A stretch of 64,000 nt of DNA from assembly GCA_035622875.1 (NCBI GenBank), contig DASPUN010000016.1:26706-90705 (forward strand). The letters run 5' to 3'. A program made the position numbers and the translations under genes. Below the pieces are notes generated by a model, which saw nothing but the letters and a program-made list of their open reading frames with translations, was not told where the DNA came from and did not search any database. Below, piece after piece: positions 63,455-64,000 of this stretch. Position 1 is the stretch's first letter, and every line of letters begins with the position of its first letter. The stretch is from Candidatus Acidiferrales bacterium. Its GTDB lineage: Bacteria > Acidobacteriota > Terriglobia > Acidiferrales > UBA7541.

Positions 63455-64000
63455 TTAGCGCCCTTCCCAGCGCTTGAACACGAGGGACGCATTCGTCCCG
63501 CCGAAGCCGAACGAGTTCGACACAGCGTACCTGACATCGGCTTTCCGCGCGTGGTTTGGAACGTAATCGAGATCGCACGCGGGATCGGGATTTTCGTAGT
63601 TGATCGTGGGAGGCAGGATCTGATCGCGAAGCGCGAGAATGCTGATGCCGGCTTCGAGACCGCCCGCTCCTCCAAGGAGATGACCTGTCATCGATTTCGT
63701 CGAACTGATCGCCACTTTCTTCGCGCGTTCGCCGAACACGCGTTTGAGGGCCGTGGTCTCGACCGCATCGCCAAGCGGAGTCGACGTGCCGTGCGCGTTC
63801 ACGTAGCCCACATCGTCTGGCGAGATTTTGGCGTCTTTGATCGCCGCAAGCGTGACGCGGTAGCCACCGTCTCCGCCTTCGGCCGGCTGCGTGATGTGGT
63901 ACGCATCGCCCGACATGCCGTATCCGACGATTTCCGCGATGATCTTTGCTCCGCGGCGTTGTGCGAATTCGAGCGACTCCAGGATCAGAATGCCCGCGCC
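63455..64000 (-). CDS. fabF: beta-ketoacyl-ACP synthase II, C-terminal part (5' end beyond the window)
   Basis: [25 protein letters not shown] and [14 protein letters not shown]. The frame stays open upstream of the track Met ([28 protein letters not shown]) to base 64000. Confidence 0.85.
   Translation of the reverse strand, partial: GAGILILESLEFAQRRGAKIIAEIVGYGMSGDAYHITQPAEGGDGGYRVTLAAIKDAKISPDDVGYVNAHGTSTPLGDAVETTALKRVFGERAKKVAISSTKSMTGHLLGGAGGLEAGISILALRDQILPPTINYENPDPACDLDYVPNHARKADVRYAVSNSFGFGGTNASLVFKRWEGR

Noticed and set aside
62343-63458. 371-aa plus-strand ORF opposite etfA/etfB
   Set aside because: Antisense shadow. The minus strand encodes both ETF subunits with their signature motifs.

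Overview
High-GC (roughly 60%) bacterial chromosomal segment. It is densely coding, with about 55 protein genes and 2 tRNAs, and is mostly core metabolism. Gene content and hairpin-repeat style look Acidobacteriota-like, but that is inference only.

Left to right:
- an edge-truncated CPBP protease gene that is missing from the ORF track
- a 2-oxoacid dehydrogenase cluster: lpdA, lipB, E1alpha, E1beta, an 83-aa ORF, E2
- an FAD oxidoreductase and an MFS transporter
- an ArsR-led operon (DUF1801, SRPBCC, DUF1801)
- tRNA-Glu and an acyl-CoA desaturase
- a histidine kinase and OmpR-type regulator, convergent on an mdtABC-type RND efflux operon with its own outer-membrane factor
- tRNA-Val, then a GIY-YIG ORF, then a 5'-truncated tRNA-like copy
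- a complete arginine operon argR-C-B-D-F-G-H-J with several ATGA start/stop overlaps
- an RRM/RGG RNA-binding protein, thiI, an L13e-like small protein, and a DapB-like dehydrogenase
- a REP-associated tyrosine transposase (RAYT) bracketed by hairpin repeats, followed by a 0.6-kb structured non-coding spacer
- a pabB-pabC fusion, an HIBDH-like reductase, rnr, an LMF-like membrane protein, ppk1, cytochrome c, queG and fabH
- a 701-aa lipoprotein, UDP-xylose synthase and ugd
- a Ser/Thr kinase (SPOR tail), PP2C, an FHA protein, then a DrrAB-type ABC exporter and a small ORF
- etfBA and the 3' part of fabF

I saw no rRNA, CRISPR array, integrase/prophage or recognisable defence system.

The most unusual loci are:
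1. the GIY-YIG ORF wedged between an intact tRNA-Val and a tRNA remnant
2. the RAYT with same-orientation flanking hairpins plus the adjacent repeat-rich spacer
3. the STK-PP2C-FHA-ABC neighbourhood
4. a bacterial L13e-like ORF

All product calls come from motif recognition by eye; no database search was run.
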